Positions 54,645 through 64,000 of a stretch of DNA of 64,000 nt are shown in pieces. Numbering within the stretch: the first letter of the stretch is position 1; the number at the start of each line of letters is the position of its first letter. The notes beneath the pieces were generated by a model. It was not told the origin of the DNA, searched no databases, and worked only from the letters and a program-made list of their open reading frames with translations. The position numbers and the translations under genes were made by a program. This DNA is from Carpediemonas membranifera BICM (lineage: Eukaryota > Protista > Fornicata): NCBI GenBank assembly GCA_019828565.1, contig JAHDYR010000012.1, positions 1,731,780-1,795,779 of the forward strand, read 5' to 3'.

Positions 54645-56383
54645 AGTGTGCATATCGGGCATATTCTTTGGATACGGTCGCAGAGCATTTCCTGCCCAGG
54701 GTACCTCCTGCTTATGATGAGCGCGGCTCCTCGAGTTGTGTGGCTGTTGCTAGCGGAGGGGAGCGTGTTGGAGGCTGTTGCAACTACCCTCTTCAGCTCC
54801 CTCCTGAGCATCATCTCCCCTCTGATAATCTTTGGTTTCTTGGGTGCTCTCCCGCCTGCCATTGTCTGCATTGCCTCCGCAGCTAGCACTTCGGCGGCCG
54901 CCTTGGCTGTTCGGCTACCTTTGGTGACGATGTCTCGTGCTGTCATCTTCCATCCCCCGGCTATTGCTCTGGGTCTGGGTCCGTGAAGGTCGCTAGGGGC
55001 CAGATCTAGTACGTTGTCTGCTCACTTGTTCAGCTTTCCGATAACGGACTTGGGGTTCGCTCTTCCCCAGTCGAAGTCCGCTAGGGGCGATGGGCGGTCA
55101 GGGTCCCGGGCCGATTCGCGGATTCTAACCGCTCTTACACCCATGTCCGCTTCCCAGCACATCCATCCCATCATCAGGCGGGCGACACCCCTCCACCGGG
55201 TCCGGTTCCCGCCATGAGTCCTCGCCAGTCGTTCCAAAGCCTTCTGCCTCCTGGGACTTGGCCCCAGATTTCGATTCCGAATTCGATCTTTGGCCATAGG
55301 AAGGTGCGGAGGATGGACTCGGAGACAGCCGCGGGCGTGGAGCCTTTAGTCCATCCCACTCTCCGGGCGAGGGCGATGTACTTGTTCGACTGTTCTCTTT
55401 TCTTTTGCGATGCATGCGCTGAGCGGATGAGGGCCACTTGCTATCCAGAGTCCCAAGTATCGGCCTGACTCCGCTGCTCGGGTGGCCTCCCCTTGAATTC
55501 GCACTTCCGCATTTGGATTGGTACTTATGACGATGTTCTTTCCTGGGCTGATACACAGCTTGTGTGCCACTATCACTTCCACCATTGCGGCGGTGAGGGA
55601 CTCCGCATCATTTTATTTCTTTGCCGAGATGCTCGTATCGTCTACGAACATTGCTATGATGCCATTCCCGGGTCTGTGGTGGGTGGGGGGAAGCTTCGGG
55701 TCTGGTATCTCGCCGTACTGTATTCTGAGTGACGCCTGGCTAATCCAGTTGGCCGTAAATAGTATGAATAGGGTGGGGGCGACCACGCAACCTTGCTTGA
55801 CTCCTAGGTTCGTTTCGGACCATAGGTCGGATCCCCTTACCGCAATGTAGGTCCTCTCCATTTTGCTTTGTACTGCTCTGACTAGGTGGGGGTGTACACC
55901 CATATTGATCAGCTTGCTGACTAGGATGTCCCTGGGAACCGTGTCGTACGCCTTTGCAATGTCGAGCAGCACGCTGGTCCGGTCTCCTTCTTGGTGCAGT
56001 TGGGTTAGGAGGGCGATGTGGTCTATGACTGTCTTTCCCTTCATGAAGCCGATCTGCTCTCCGGGGGTGTGCCTCTCAACTGTTGGTTTGAGCCTCCATT
56101 TGAGTACCTTCCCATATGCTCGGTAGAGGAGGGGGGTGAGTGAGATGGGTCGGTAGGATCCTGGCAGTAGCTTATCTTTCCCTACTTTGTGTATCGGGGA
56201 GATGGAGGCGTACTTCCACGTGGTGGGTAGTTCCCCAGACTCGTATACTTTCTGGAAGAGGCATGCGATTGCCCTGTAGGCCGCCTGGGGGAGGTCTCTC
56301 AGACATTCGCCCGTGATACCATCCGGGCCTCCTGCCGATGATTTCTTCAGGGACTTGATGGCGGCCGTGACCTCCTCCTCCTA

Positions 56384-56636
56384 CTTACCTTACCTTACTT
56401 CTCTGGTCCGAGCTCTGAATTCCTCGGGTCTGGTTCTGGCGCGGCTTGGGGCGTCCTGGGGCGCGATCGCTGCCAGGGACGTCTCTCTGGCCCAGAATTC
56501 CTGGGGTGCGCCACATGAGGACCTGTGGGTCTGAAGTGTGCGATCAAGGGCGCCTGGTCTGAAGACTTCGCCACACTTGGGGCACCTCCATAACGTCGCC
56601 CTCTCCGCGTGGTACTTGCGCGCATCACCGGGGCCG
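56384..56636 (-). mobile_element. 3' remnant of a second LINE type (RTE-like) with (GTAAG)3 tail
   Basis: Minus frame reads WRCPKCGEVF...THRSSC then stops inside the (GTAAG)3 repeat at 56384-56398. Confidence 0.5.
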
Positions 56637-58036
56637 ATGTTCCTGGCTGCCCAGTCGATCGGTGAGCCATCGACTCAGATGACTCTGAACAGTTTGTATC
56701 TTTTCGTATCTACACGCGTTACGCAGCTTTCCATCTTGCCGGTCACGGCGCCGTTGATGTCACCCAGGGCATCCCCCGCATGCGTGAGGTCCTCCTCGTC
56801 GCCACGAAGTCGATCAAGACACCCGTCATGAACCTCCTCCTCCGGCCCCACGCCACGCGCGAGGACGCCCAGGCTCTTGCCGGTCTCTTGCGCCGTATCT
56901 CTTTCATGGACGTCCTGACGAAGATGGAAGTCGGCGAGCGGGTGGACCAGAGCAAGACGGCTTTCGGCACCCGCCGTGAGCGTGTCTTTACCCTGTACAT
57001 GAATGTCCTCGGTGAAGAAGACCGCAAGGCCCTGGGGCTCACGGTCGCCCGCGTCAGGCTGGGAGTCTGCCGGTTCATCGCGATGATTGCCTCTGGCCTC
57101 TCGCGCGAGCTCAACGCCGTCGACGATATGGACGACCTCGCCTCTGGATTTATCGACGATGAGGTGCATGGTAGCTCTAACGCTGCTGCTGAAGAAGCTG
57201 ACTCGGCCAAGGACGCCAGCAACGCCCGCCAGACCCAGGAGGGGCAGATGTACGGCGCCGACGACAATGGAGAGCCCGCCCGCACCGAGCGACACAGCGC
57301 TGCCGCCGTAGACGCCGACGGCGAGCTCCTCGAAGGCAACGAGAAGGTGCTCATCAACAAGGCCAAGCGGTCATATCTGGATCAGATTTCGCTGCCCGAC
57401 GACAACGACGACTTCTGCTGGGCATCATTCAGGGTGCCCCTCTCTGACCAGAGCGTGCTCATGACGTCGATGGCCGAGGAGCTCGCCAACAAGGTCAATG
57501 TCAAGGCCATTACCGGCGTCACGCGCGCCTCTGTCGGTGAGCCCAAGACCGTTGACGGCCAGACTCGTCAGGTTGTCGCGTGTAACGGTGTCAACCTCGC
57601 CACCGCCCGGCAGCACGACGAGCTCGTCGACGTCGACCACCTCTACTGCAACTGCGTGATGACAACTCTCGAGCAGTACGGTGTTGAAGCTGCTCGCGCT
57701 GCCATCATCAACGAAGTTTCCTCGATCTTCAAGGTCTACGGTATTGGCGTTGATGCCCGCCATCTCTCGTTGATTGCCGACCACATGACTCGAGAGGGCG
57801 GCTACAAGCCCTTCAACAGGCACGGTATTGACAACTCGCCGTCCCAACTTCACAAGATGACTTATGAGACCACCACCGCCTTCCTGACACAGTCGGCTCT
57901 GTACGGAATCTCCGACAACGCCGCGGGACCCTCGTCTCGCGTGGCGGTCGGCCGGCCCCTTCGGGCGGGAACAGGCATGGTTGACATCCTTCTCGACATG
58001 CAGGACCAGGAGCTCGGATGGAGCGTCAAGGAGTAA
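56637..58036 (+). CDS. RPA1: C-terminal part of RNA polymerase I largest subunit (exons 56637-56691, 56727-58036); N-terminal two thirds absent
   Basis: AAQSIGEPSTQMTLN/TFHLAGHG...GIPRMREVL after removing 35-nt intron 56692-56726 (GTTTGT...CAG); YGVEAARAAIINEVSSIFKVYGIGVDARHLSLIADHMT...PFNRHGI...KMTYETT is Pol I type. Confidence 0.88.
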
Positions 58037-58211
58037 TAAATCGGATTCGGATTGTGCGTGAGAGGTGATGATGCTGTGGCAGGTTGATTGTACGTTTGTG
58101 GGATAATGCTCTGAGACATCTTGAATAGCGCTGCACAGTGCTACAGAAGAAATCCATTTATAGAAATGTACAAGCTGGGCGGTAAATCAATCATGTATCA
58201 CAGCCACACGC

Positions 58212-59757
58212 CTAGTCAAACTTGGCGAGAACGTCCCGGCCAGCGTTCTCCACGCGGATCAGGCCATTCTGTATGTCCTGCAGCAACGCAAGGTCGTCGT
58301 CAGTCGCCACAATCTCGTCATCTCCGGCATTCCGGCGCATATTAGCATTAAACTGCGCCAAACCTGGCATGACTTTGGCCAAGTCGTCCATAAACTCAGC
58401 AACTCCGGCAGACTCGAGCTGACTCGGCTGTTCCGGAATAGGCTCAGGTTCTACGGCCTGGGCGGTCGACTTAGTCCTCATGAAAGCATCAACTGCGAGG
58501 CCAAGATTTGTGATTTTCACAGCGAGCTCCGCAGCGTTTTGTCTTTCTTCGAACGCGGCAATCGCCTTCCTCATACCGGCCGCGCCTTCGATCATTTCCA
58601 GTCTACTTGCCTCGAGCGTATGAACGTTTCTTGTAAGAATAGCGTTTTGGCGCAACAAGTGTGAAATTCTGGCATTGATCTCGCCATCTCTACTGTGATC
58701 GACGACCGGGATCTCAACGCGGTGCTTCGAAGACATCGGCCTCTCTCGCCGCTTCAGGTCTGCCGAGCGCATGCTTGTCCGCCCAACGGCAGAAGCTGAG
58801 CCGCTCCTGGTCATCTTGGTCTTCACCGCGCTCGACTTTGGGCGTGGGTCGACTTTCTTCGCTGGTGCAGTCGGGGTTGGCTCAAGACCGTCCTTGGCGA
58901 GCTTAACAAGCTCCTCAGCCCACTCGAAGAAGGACGAGACAGTGGTAGCGAGGCTTTGCTCGGTGTATGGTAGGTTGTACAGCTTGTCATAGGACTCCCG
59001 GAACGATCTGTAGCTGTCAAGACAAATGCGGAAGAACTGGTGCTCTTGGGCTTCGGAAAGACGGACCTCGGACTTCCCAGGGGGGAACATCTTCGCACGC
59101 CACATCCTGGCGCGGTTCATCTTTGAATCGGAAGAGGAAAACTGGGCTAGGAGGGTCGAAATGACGAGTGAACGCACTGGGAAGCCGCCTTCAAGCAAGT
59201 CGTCATCTGAGACGTAGGCTACTAGCTTGCCCTTGTTGGCTGCTTTCAGGACAATTGGTTGCGCGAGCGTCCAGGGTCTGCCACCGATGCGTGCGGCTTC
59301 GTCCTCGGAGAGGAGTGTCGGGCAGTTCGCGCCGGAGTCTGGGTCGACCAAGCGTGTTAGCCCGCGGATCTCGATCTCGACGGGGTCTGCCCATGTGCAG
59401 CTCACTCTGGGTTCTGAGTTGCGGGCAGTATCCTTCGGCGCCTGAGCCTGGGCCTTGGTTCCAACGTGTGAAGAATATGAAGAATAACTGCGGGCGTTTA
59501 CGTGTTGCCGCGACAGCTTCTTAATCTTCTCGTCCTTCTTCTTCAGTTGTGCCTTGAGGCGGGCGATCTCGGCCTTGAGCTTCGGTGTCTCGGCCGACTT
59601 GGGGGTACCAGTAGGGTGGACTGGGGCGGGCCAGTAGACGGGGCTCTTATGGCTACTACTATCGAGGTCCGCCTTCAGTCTCCGGGACGCTGTGGCGAGG
59701 TCCAGAAGGCGGAGCTCGGCCTTAGCCGACTCACCCACCGCGCAGGTGATGAGCAGC
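58212..59757 (-). CDS. Coiled-coil host protein, 5' end interrupted by B3
   Basis: Frame stays open with no ATG right up to the B3 LTR boundary at 59758; heptad-rich segments. Confidence 0.7.
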
Positions 59758-59878
59758 TGTAGTCCGTTAGGGACAAGAAAGCTTTACAGGGAAAAGAGAC
59801 GACACCAAATGTGTCGACAGAAACCTGAAGACGATGTAAATAATACAACTATGTAAATATTGGGTAAGACCCACGACA
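59758..59878 (-). repeat. 3' LTR of B3 (about 121 bp)
   Basis: TGT...ACA ends, adjacent PPT, similarity to B2 LTR; partner outside window. Confidence 0.75.
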
Positions 59879-60317
59879 CCGCCCCTCCATGGACCCCAAA
59901 GGGGCCATGGCCTCAGGCGTATGCCACTCGAACGAATGTGCGATGAGGGACTTGACCAGTCCCGAGACCTCCGATGCCACTCATTGGTCTACGAGACTCT
60001 GTACCATGGCAGGGTACAGGGTGAATGCCTTGTTCAAGTCGGGAGCCAGAATTGGCGGGGTGAATCTGAAAGATTCGGAAAATATCTGCGGATCTCAAAA
60101 TCCTATCGTGGTACCACTTGTTAGCGCGCTGTGTAATTAGAATGATCTTACGTGAGGCATTCCGCCCCTCCACGGTCGTAAAACGGCCGTTTGAATATTG
60201 ATTAGATCAAATGAGCGCCTAAAACTGCTCACTGTGATGATCTTTGTGTTTCTCTTGGTATGTACTTCACGTCGCCGTCCTTATTACATAGAGATCGAAA
60301 AACGTCATTAGAAGCCT

Positions 60318-60340
60318 CAATTCGGCTTCGTTCGCGAGTT
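60318..60340 (-). promoter_or_regulatory. Conserved motif AACTCGCGAACGAAGCCGAATTG upstream of B3 antisense gene
   Basis: 22/23 identical to 8158-8180 in element orientation. Confidence 0.6.
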
Positions 60341-60528
60341 CTCGCGTTTTTTGCTCTCGACGGTGCGACGTTCTCTCTCGCGGCTGCAAAAGGCCGCGTT
60401 CATCCTTAATAACATCAATCGGGCTTGAATTAGCCGTAAAACAGTGTCTTTCAAGTTCCATTGAGGTTGGTTGCTACTTCTTTCGAGTTGTTGTTTTCTC
60501 AGTGAAAACGGGAAGTGACGAACAAGCA

Positions 60529-61773
60529 ATGTCCGACGTACGTGAGCAGATTACGCAGATGCTGGCGCTATTTGATGAGGAGAAAGCCCGAAAGGCCTTC
60601 AAACGCTTCTTGAACCGCTATCTCGATCGTGCCCGTTTTTTCAACTCAGCCAGCGACTACCACGCTTTGTTCAGCGCACCTGCTCCTACAAACGTGACAT
60701 CTATCCGGGACACCTCTACTGAGAGCGTTACGAGTGCTCCGGTCACTTCTTGTGTGCGTTCGCCGACGCCGGGCGGTGACGAAAGCCCGGAGGAGGCTGA
60801 GACGGTGAGTGGTGATGCTGGCTCTCCACGTGAGAACCGTGGTGACTCGTGCGAGGCCGAGACCGCTCGTAGCGATAATGAATCCCGGCCAACGGGTCAC
60901 GGCGACTCGGGGTCGGGTGAGGAAACCGAGGTCTCGCCGCTCTTCTCTCTGGAGGAGATGATCACCGCTGTTGCCGCAGAGGGCGTGAGTTACATCACTC
61001 TAGACATGTCTGGTACCTTGCGGGCGCTCCGCGCCGGGATGCTCAACTCATATGGGCATCTCGCCGCAACGGAGAACGCTTCTTCCGTTGCGCGTGACAT
61101 CTGTCGCGATGGTCTCGTGTTGCTGGCGCTATCGCGCGAGTACCACACTCGGGCTATGTGTGGTCGGCCTGGCGATCCCACCGATCAGGATCTGGTGGCT
61201 TTGCACCTCCGCCGCCTCGACGCGACCTCGCGTACGCTCTGTCATCAGGGTTTGCGCGAGCGTATTCAGCTTCTCTCGGGGCGTGGTCACACCGTCATGA
61301 CCCCTCATCTGCGTCGCGCCATAATGTTAGGTAATGACCCAGACCTGTATGACATGATGGTCGTGGGCCACGCGCAGGGCATCCTAGACGCTGCTGACGT
61401 GCGAGAGTTCAGCCGCCAATACATTGAAGCAATCCGGACCCCCACTGGTTTCGGTCATGTGCGCCACTCTTTGATGGACAACTTCCTGTTCGATGTCCCC
61501 AGCAATGACGTCCTGCCCGTCGCGCTCGATCATAACGAGCCACGTCGTGTGTATGTGCTTGAGGCAATCGTTGGCCACCATCTGCATGAGAATTCCCTGC
61601 GTCTGCTCGTGCACTATGCTCGACGCGAGTACAGCTCGATTATCCTGGCAACCGAGGCAATCCGTGATAGTCAGGCTGGGGTCAAGTTCTTTGCTGCTCA
61701 TCCCGAGCTAGTTCGCTATTGTACCCGGTCTGAGGACGCGAACGGTGCTCTCAGCGGGGGTGTTTTGGAGTGA
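60529..61773 (+). CDS. B3 antisense gene, about 414 aa, C-terminal chromodomain-like module
   Basis: Same position/orientation as in B1/B2 (tail-to-tail with pol); DPDLYDMMVVG resembles APDYYRLFLHG; VYVLEAIVGHHLHENSLRLLVHY. Confidence 0.75.
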   Translation: MSDVREQITQMLALFDEEKARKAFKRFLNRYLDRARFFNSASDYHALFSAPAPTNVTSIRDTSTESVTSAPVTSCVRSPTPGGDESPEEAETVSGDAGSPRENRGDSCEAETARSDNESRPTGHGDSGSGEETEVSPLFSLEEMITAVAAEGVSYITLDMSGTLRALRAGMLNSYGHLAATENASSVARDICRDGLVLLALSREYHTRAMCGRPGDPTDQDLVALHLRRLDATSRTLCHQGLRERIQLLSGRGHTVMTPHLRRAIMLGNDPDLYDMMVVGHAQGILDAADVREFSRQYIEAIRTPTGFGHVRHSLMDNFLFDVPSNDVLPVALDHNEPRRVYVLEAIVGHHLHENSLRLLVHYARREYSSIILATEAIRDSQAGVKFFAAHPELVRYCTRSEDANGALSGGVLE

Positions 61774-61806
61774 GATAAAGGTTTGGATTGAGTAGCTGCT
61801 GAAGGT

Positions 61807-64000
61807 TTACAGACCGGCTCGCTTGGCCTCGTCTGACTTCAGGAATATGTCTAGCGCCTCTAGGTCCTTGACTGACGAATAGTCTTGCCACGTGGCCTCT
61901 TCGTCTTCGCACCCAGCCCAATGGACGAGGTATTCCCGCTTGGACATCGGGCCTCGACCTCGAGATCGACTGATTCGCTCAACTTCCCACTCGTCGTCAG
62001 CCGTGGCTGCGAGTGCTTTGATCTGATCTTCTGTCAGCCTGCCGGGATTGAACTTCCGAACTCTCGATGCGTCTACCGTGATCGCTTTCGAGTTGTCCTT
62101 CTCAGCTAGGTCTAAAACCTTATACGCGACAACGACACCGTGTTGTTTCACTCCGGCGAGCCTTCGCATTGGCCCTCTCCATCCAGGTGACAACTTGTTC
62201 GGTGGTCTAGAGGGGTACTTGACTAGGACGAACCTGCTAATAATCTCATTCCTCGAGGCAGTAGCCTTTGCGAGGGCGTCCTCTCTCATCGCCTGGACTC
62301 GGCTGCTGGCGAGTTGGACAGCCGCTGCGGCCGCTTCCCTGTGAGACTCACTCGCGCTCGCTGTACTAGAATCAGTCACATACACGTTCTGTGGTATTCT
62401 CAGGTCGTACCCGAGAACTATCTCGGCTGGTGACAGGCGTGTAGACGTGCGCGGGGATGAATTAACGATGAACTGGGCGACAGGTAGATTCTCGATCCAG
62501 GTTGACCCTCTGAGCTGAAACTTACGCGCCTTGAGGATGCGTAATACTTGCTGGTTGGCGCGCTCTACCATCCCATTGGATTGCGGGTGGTGAGCCGTGG
62601 TAATATGGATCTTGAACCCCATCTCATCTGCGATGCGCTTGAAGAGTTGGTTCTTGAACTCTGGTCCTCCGTCGGATTGGAGAACCTCAGGGCACCCGAA
62701 ACGCAATATCCAGTTGTTGACCAGGGCGTCCGCTGCTGCCGCGCCGGTGGTACTCGAAGATGCGACTAGCTCAGTCCACCGACTGCACATGTCGATCATG
62801 ACTGTGATGTAAGCCTTGCCGTCGACGGAGAGGAAAGGCCCCATCGTGTCAACTGCCACCCAACGGAACGGGCGATCTACGGCTGTGTGCAATCCTGACG
62901 GGCTGTCAACCGGAGGGCGTCTAATCACCTGGCACACCGGGCAGTTTTCGATGACCTTGCTGACAGTCTCACGTGATACTGACTTGCCTTGGTCCTTGAG
63001 TCGTTCAGTAACTACACGTCGGGAGAGGTGGGCCCCGGCGGTGAGGTGTTCTGCTTCAACGTCATCTTCTGATGCGGACTGCATAACGTACACTCGCGAT
63101 AAGCCGTCTGCCCCACCGTTATCAAGGCCAGCGACGTGCTTGACGTCGAAGTCCATGTCGGACATAGCCTCAGCCCATCTGCGGACCTTGGCGTTAGTCG
63201 ACTTGTACATGTAAATCAGGTTGCGATGGTCCGTGAGAAGGGTGAACTTTCCCCAGGAGAGGTACTTGTTCCATCGCTTAATGGCGGCGACGATGGCGAA
63301 TGCCTCCTTCTCTCCGACCGACCATCGCGATTGCACTTGGTCAAAGGCCTTGCTCATAAAGCACACGGGTTGGCCTTCCTGCAATAGCACAGCGCCGTAG
63401 CCTACTCCTGACGCGTCGGTCATGATGGTGTGTTCCTTGGACGCATCGAAGATGGCGAGTGCTTCTGCTTGGGCGAGGAGTGTCTTGACTTTGCGTAGGG
63501 CTTGCTCTTGCTCGTCGCCATCCAGCGGGATCTTGGAGGCCATCGCTTGAGTTAAGGGGTGTACTACTTCTGCGAAACCAGGGACATGATCCCGGAAATA
63601 GTTAAGAAATCCGACGAGCGCTTGCATTCCCTTGACCGACTTAGGCATTTCGAGATCCAGGATGTCTTGAATGCGGTCCGCTGCGATGCGTTGACAGCCA
63701 TGGGATATGACCCTGCCCAGGAACTCGACCTCGGCCCTCGAAAACTGGCACTTGTCACGGTTGAGTTGTAACTTGATCTGTCTAGTACGCTGCAGCACGC
63801 TCTCCAGGTTCTTGAGGTAATCCTCCTCGTTTTCCCCGAAGACAATGATATCGTCGATATAGATATAACAGGCGTGACCAACCAGTTCGGCGAAAGCCGA
63901 CTCCATGGCACGCTGAAAGTGAGCTCCTGCGTTCCTTAGCCCGAAGGGCATCCTAGTGTATTGATATTGACCTAGAATGGTGGTGAACGCAGTGTACTTG
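61807..64000 (-). CDS. B3 Pol (RT, RNase H, integrase, chromodomain), partial
   Basis: MPFGLRNA, YIDD, TDAS, DDE, RGPM, EWEVERISRSR...EYLVHWAG. Confidence 0.96.
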   Translation of the reverse strand, partial: KYTAFTTILGQYQYTRMPFGLRNAGAHFQRAMESAFAELVGHACYIYIDDIIVFGENEEDYLKNLESVLQRTRQIKLQLNRDKCQFSRAEVEFLGRVISHGCQRIAADRIQDILDLEMPKSVKGMQALVGFLNYFRDHVPGFAEVVHPLTQAMASKIPLDGDEQEQALRKVKTLLAQAEALAIFDASKEHTIMTDASGVGYGAVLLQEGQPVCFMSKAFDQVQSRWSVGEKEAFAIVAAIKRWNKYLSWGKFTLLTDHRNLIYMYKSTNAKVRRWAEAMSDMDFDVKHVAGLDNGGADGLSRVYVMQSASEDDVEAEHLTAGAHLSRRVVTERLKDQGKSVSRETVSKVIENCPVCQVIRRPPVDSPSGLHTAVDRPFRWVAVDTMGPFLSVDGKAYITVMIDMCSRWTELVASSSTTGAAAADALVNNWILRFGCPEVLQSDGGPEFKNQLFKRIADEMGFKIHITTAHHPQSNGMVERANQQVLRILKARKFQLRGSTWIENLPVAQFIVNSSPRTSTRLSPAEIVLGYDLRIPQNVYVTDSSTASASESHREAAAAAVQLASSRVQAMREDALAKATASRNEIISRFVLVKYPSRPPNKLSPGWRGPMRRLAGVKQHGVVVAYKVLDLAEKDNSKAITVDASRVRKFNPGRLTEDQIKALAATADDEWEVERISRSRGRGPMSKREYLVHWAGCEDEEATWQDYSSVKDLEALDIFLKSDEAKRAGL

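Larger units (their letters stand above)
34628..56382 (-). mobile_element. 5'-truncated APE-type LINE copy (RT-C-terminus 56382-54645 + 36127-35778; about 1.1 kb 3' UTR; (TTTC)n tail), split by B2
   Basis: SAGGPDG, LLDIAKAYDTV, GVKQGCVVAP, FVDD; CPICT/LAAERE rejoins across B2; GTQSHIIAEC; tail near 34628-34647; homologous to LINE at 41032-51786; several frameshifts. Confidence 0.9.
59758..64000 (-). mobile_element. Ty3/Gypsy LTR retrotransposon B3 (5' part beyond window end)
   Basis: Pol closely similar to B2; PPT GGAGGGGCGG (complement 59879-59888); putative 121-bp 3' LTR 59758-59878 sharing TTTCCCTGTAAA with B2 LTR. Confidence 0.92.

Noticed and set aside
58212-59757. Faint resemblance to CCDC61/VFL3
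   Set aside because: Only a loose coiled-coil and proline pattern; not enough for a gene symbol

Overview
Eukaryotic DNA from a compact protist genome. Evidence: 29-35 nt GT-AG introns, tiny intergenic gaps and divergent housekeeping genes; the style suggests a metamonad/fornicate such as Carpediemonas (inference only). About 75% of the window is nested retroelements around a host gene island (PRP31, RPS14, TM-RGS protein, hypothetical protein, RAD1, CEPT1-like) plus a 3' piece of RPA1 and a coiled-coil gene cut by an LTR element. Eight LTR elements can be delimited by their LTRs, most also by TSDs and PPTs (labelled A1-A3, B1-B3, C1, D1); seven are Ty3/Gypsy by their Pol, with chromodomain integrases wherever the Pol C-terminus is in view. 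There are also two APE-RT LINE copies, a GTAAG-tailed LINE remnant and two DIRS-like RT relics. Main candidate novelties: (1) all six intact 5' LTRs (50-112 bp) are followed not by a tRNA primer-binding site but by a perfect 10-12 bp palindrome that differs between families, suggesting tRNA-independent priming; (2) B-family elements carry an antisense gene ending in a chromodomain-like module, with a short phase-2 spliceosomal intron in two copies and a conserved motif about 190-200 bp upstream; (3) three different A-family elements are stacked within 6 bp at the PRP31 start codon; (4) a 10.7 kb LINE has an ORF1 with a Maelstrom/arenavirus-NP-like DEDDh nuclease signature. All protein assignments are by eye from motifs; no searches were run.
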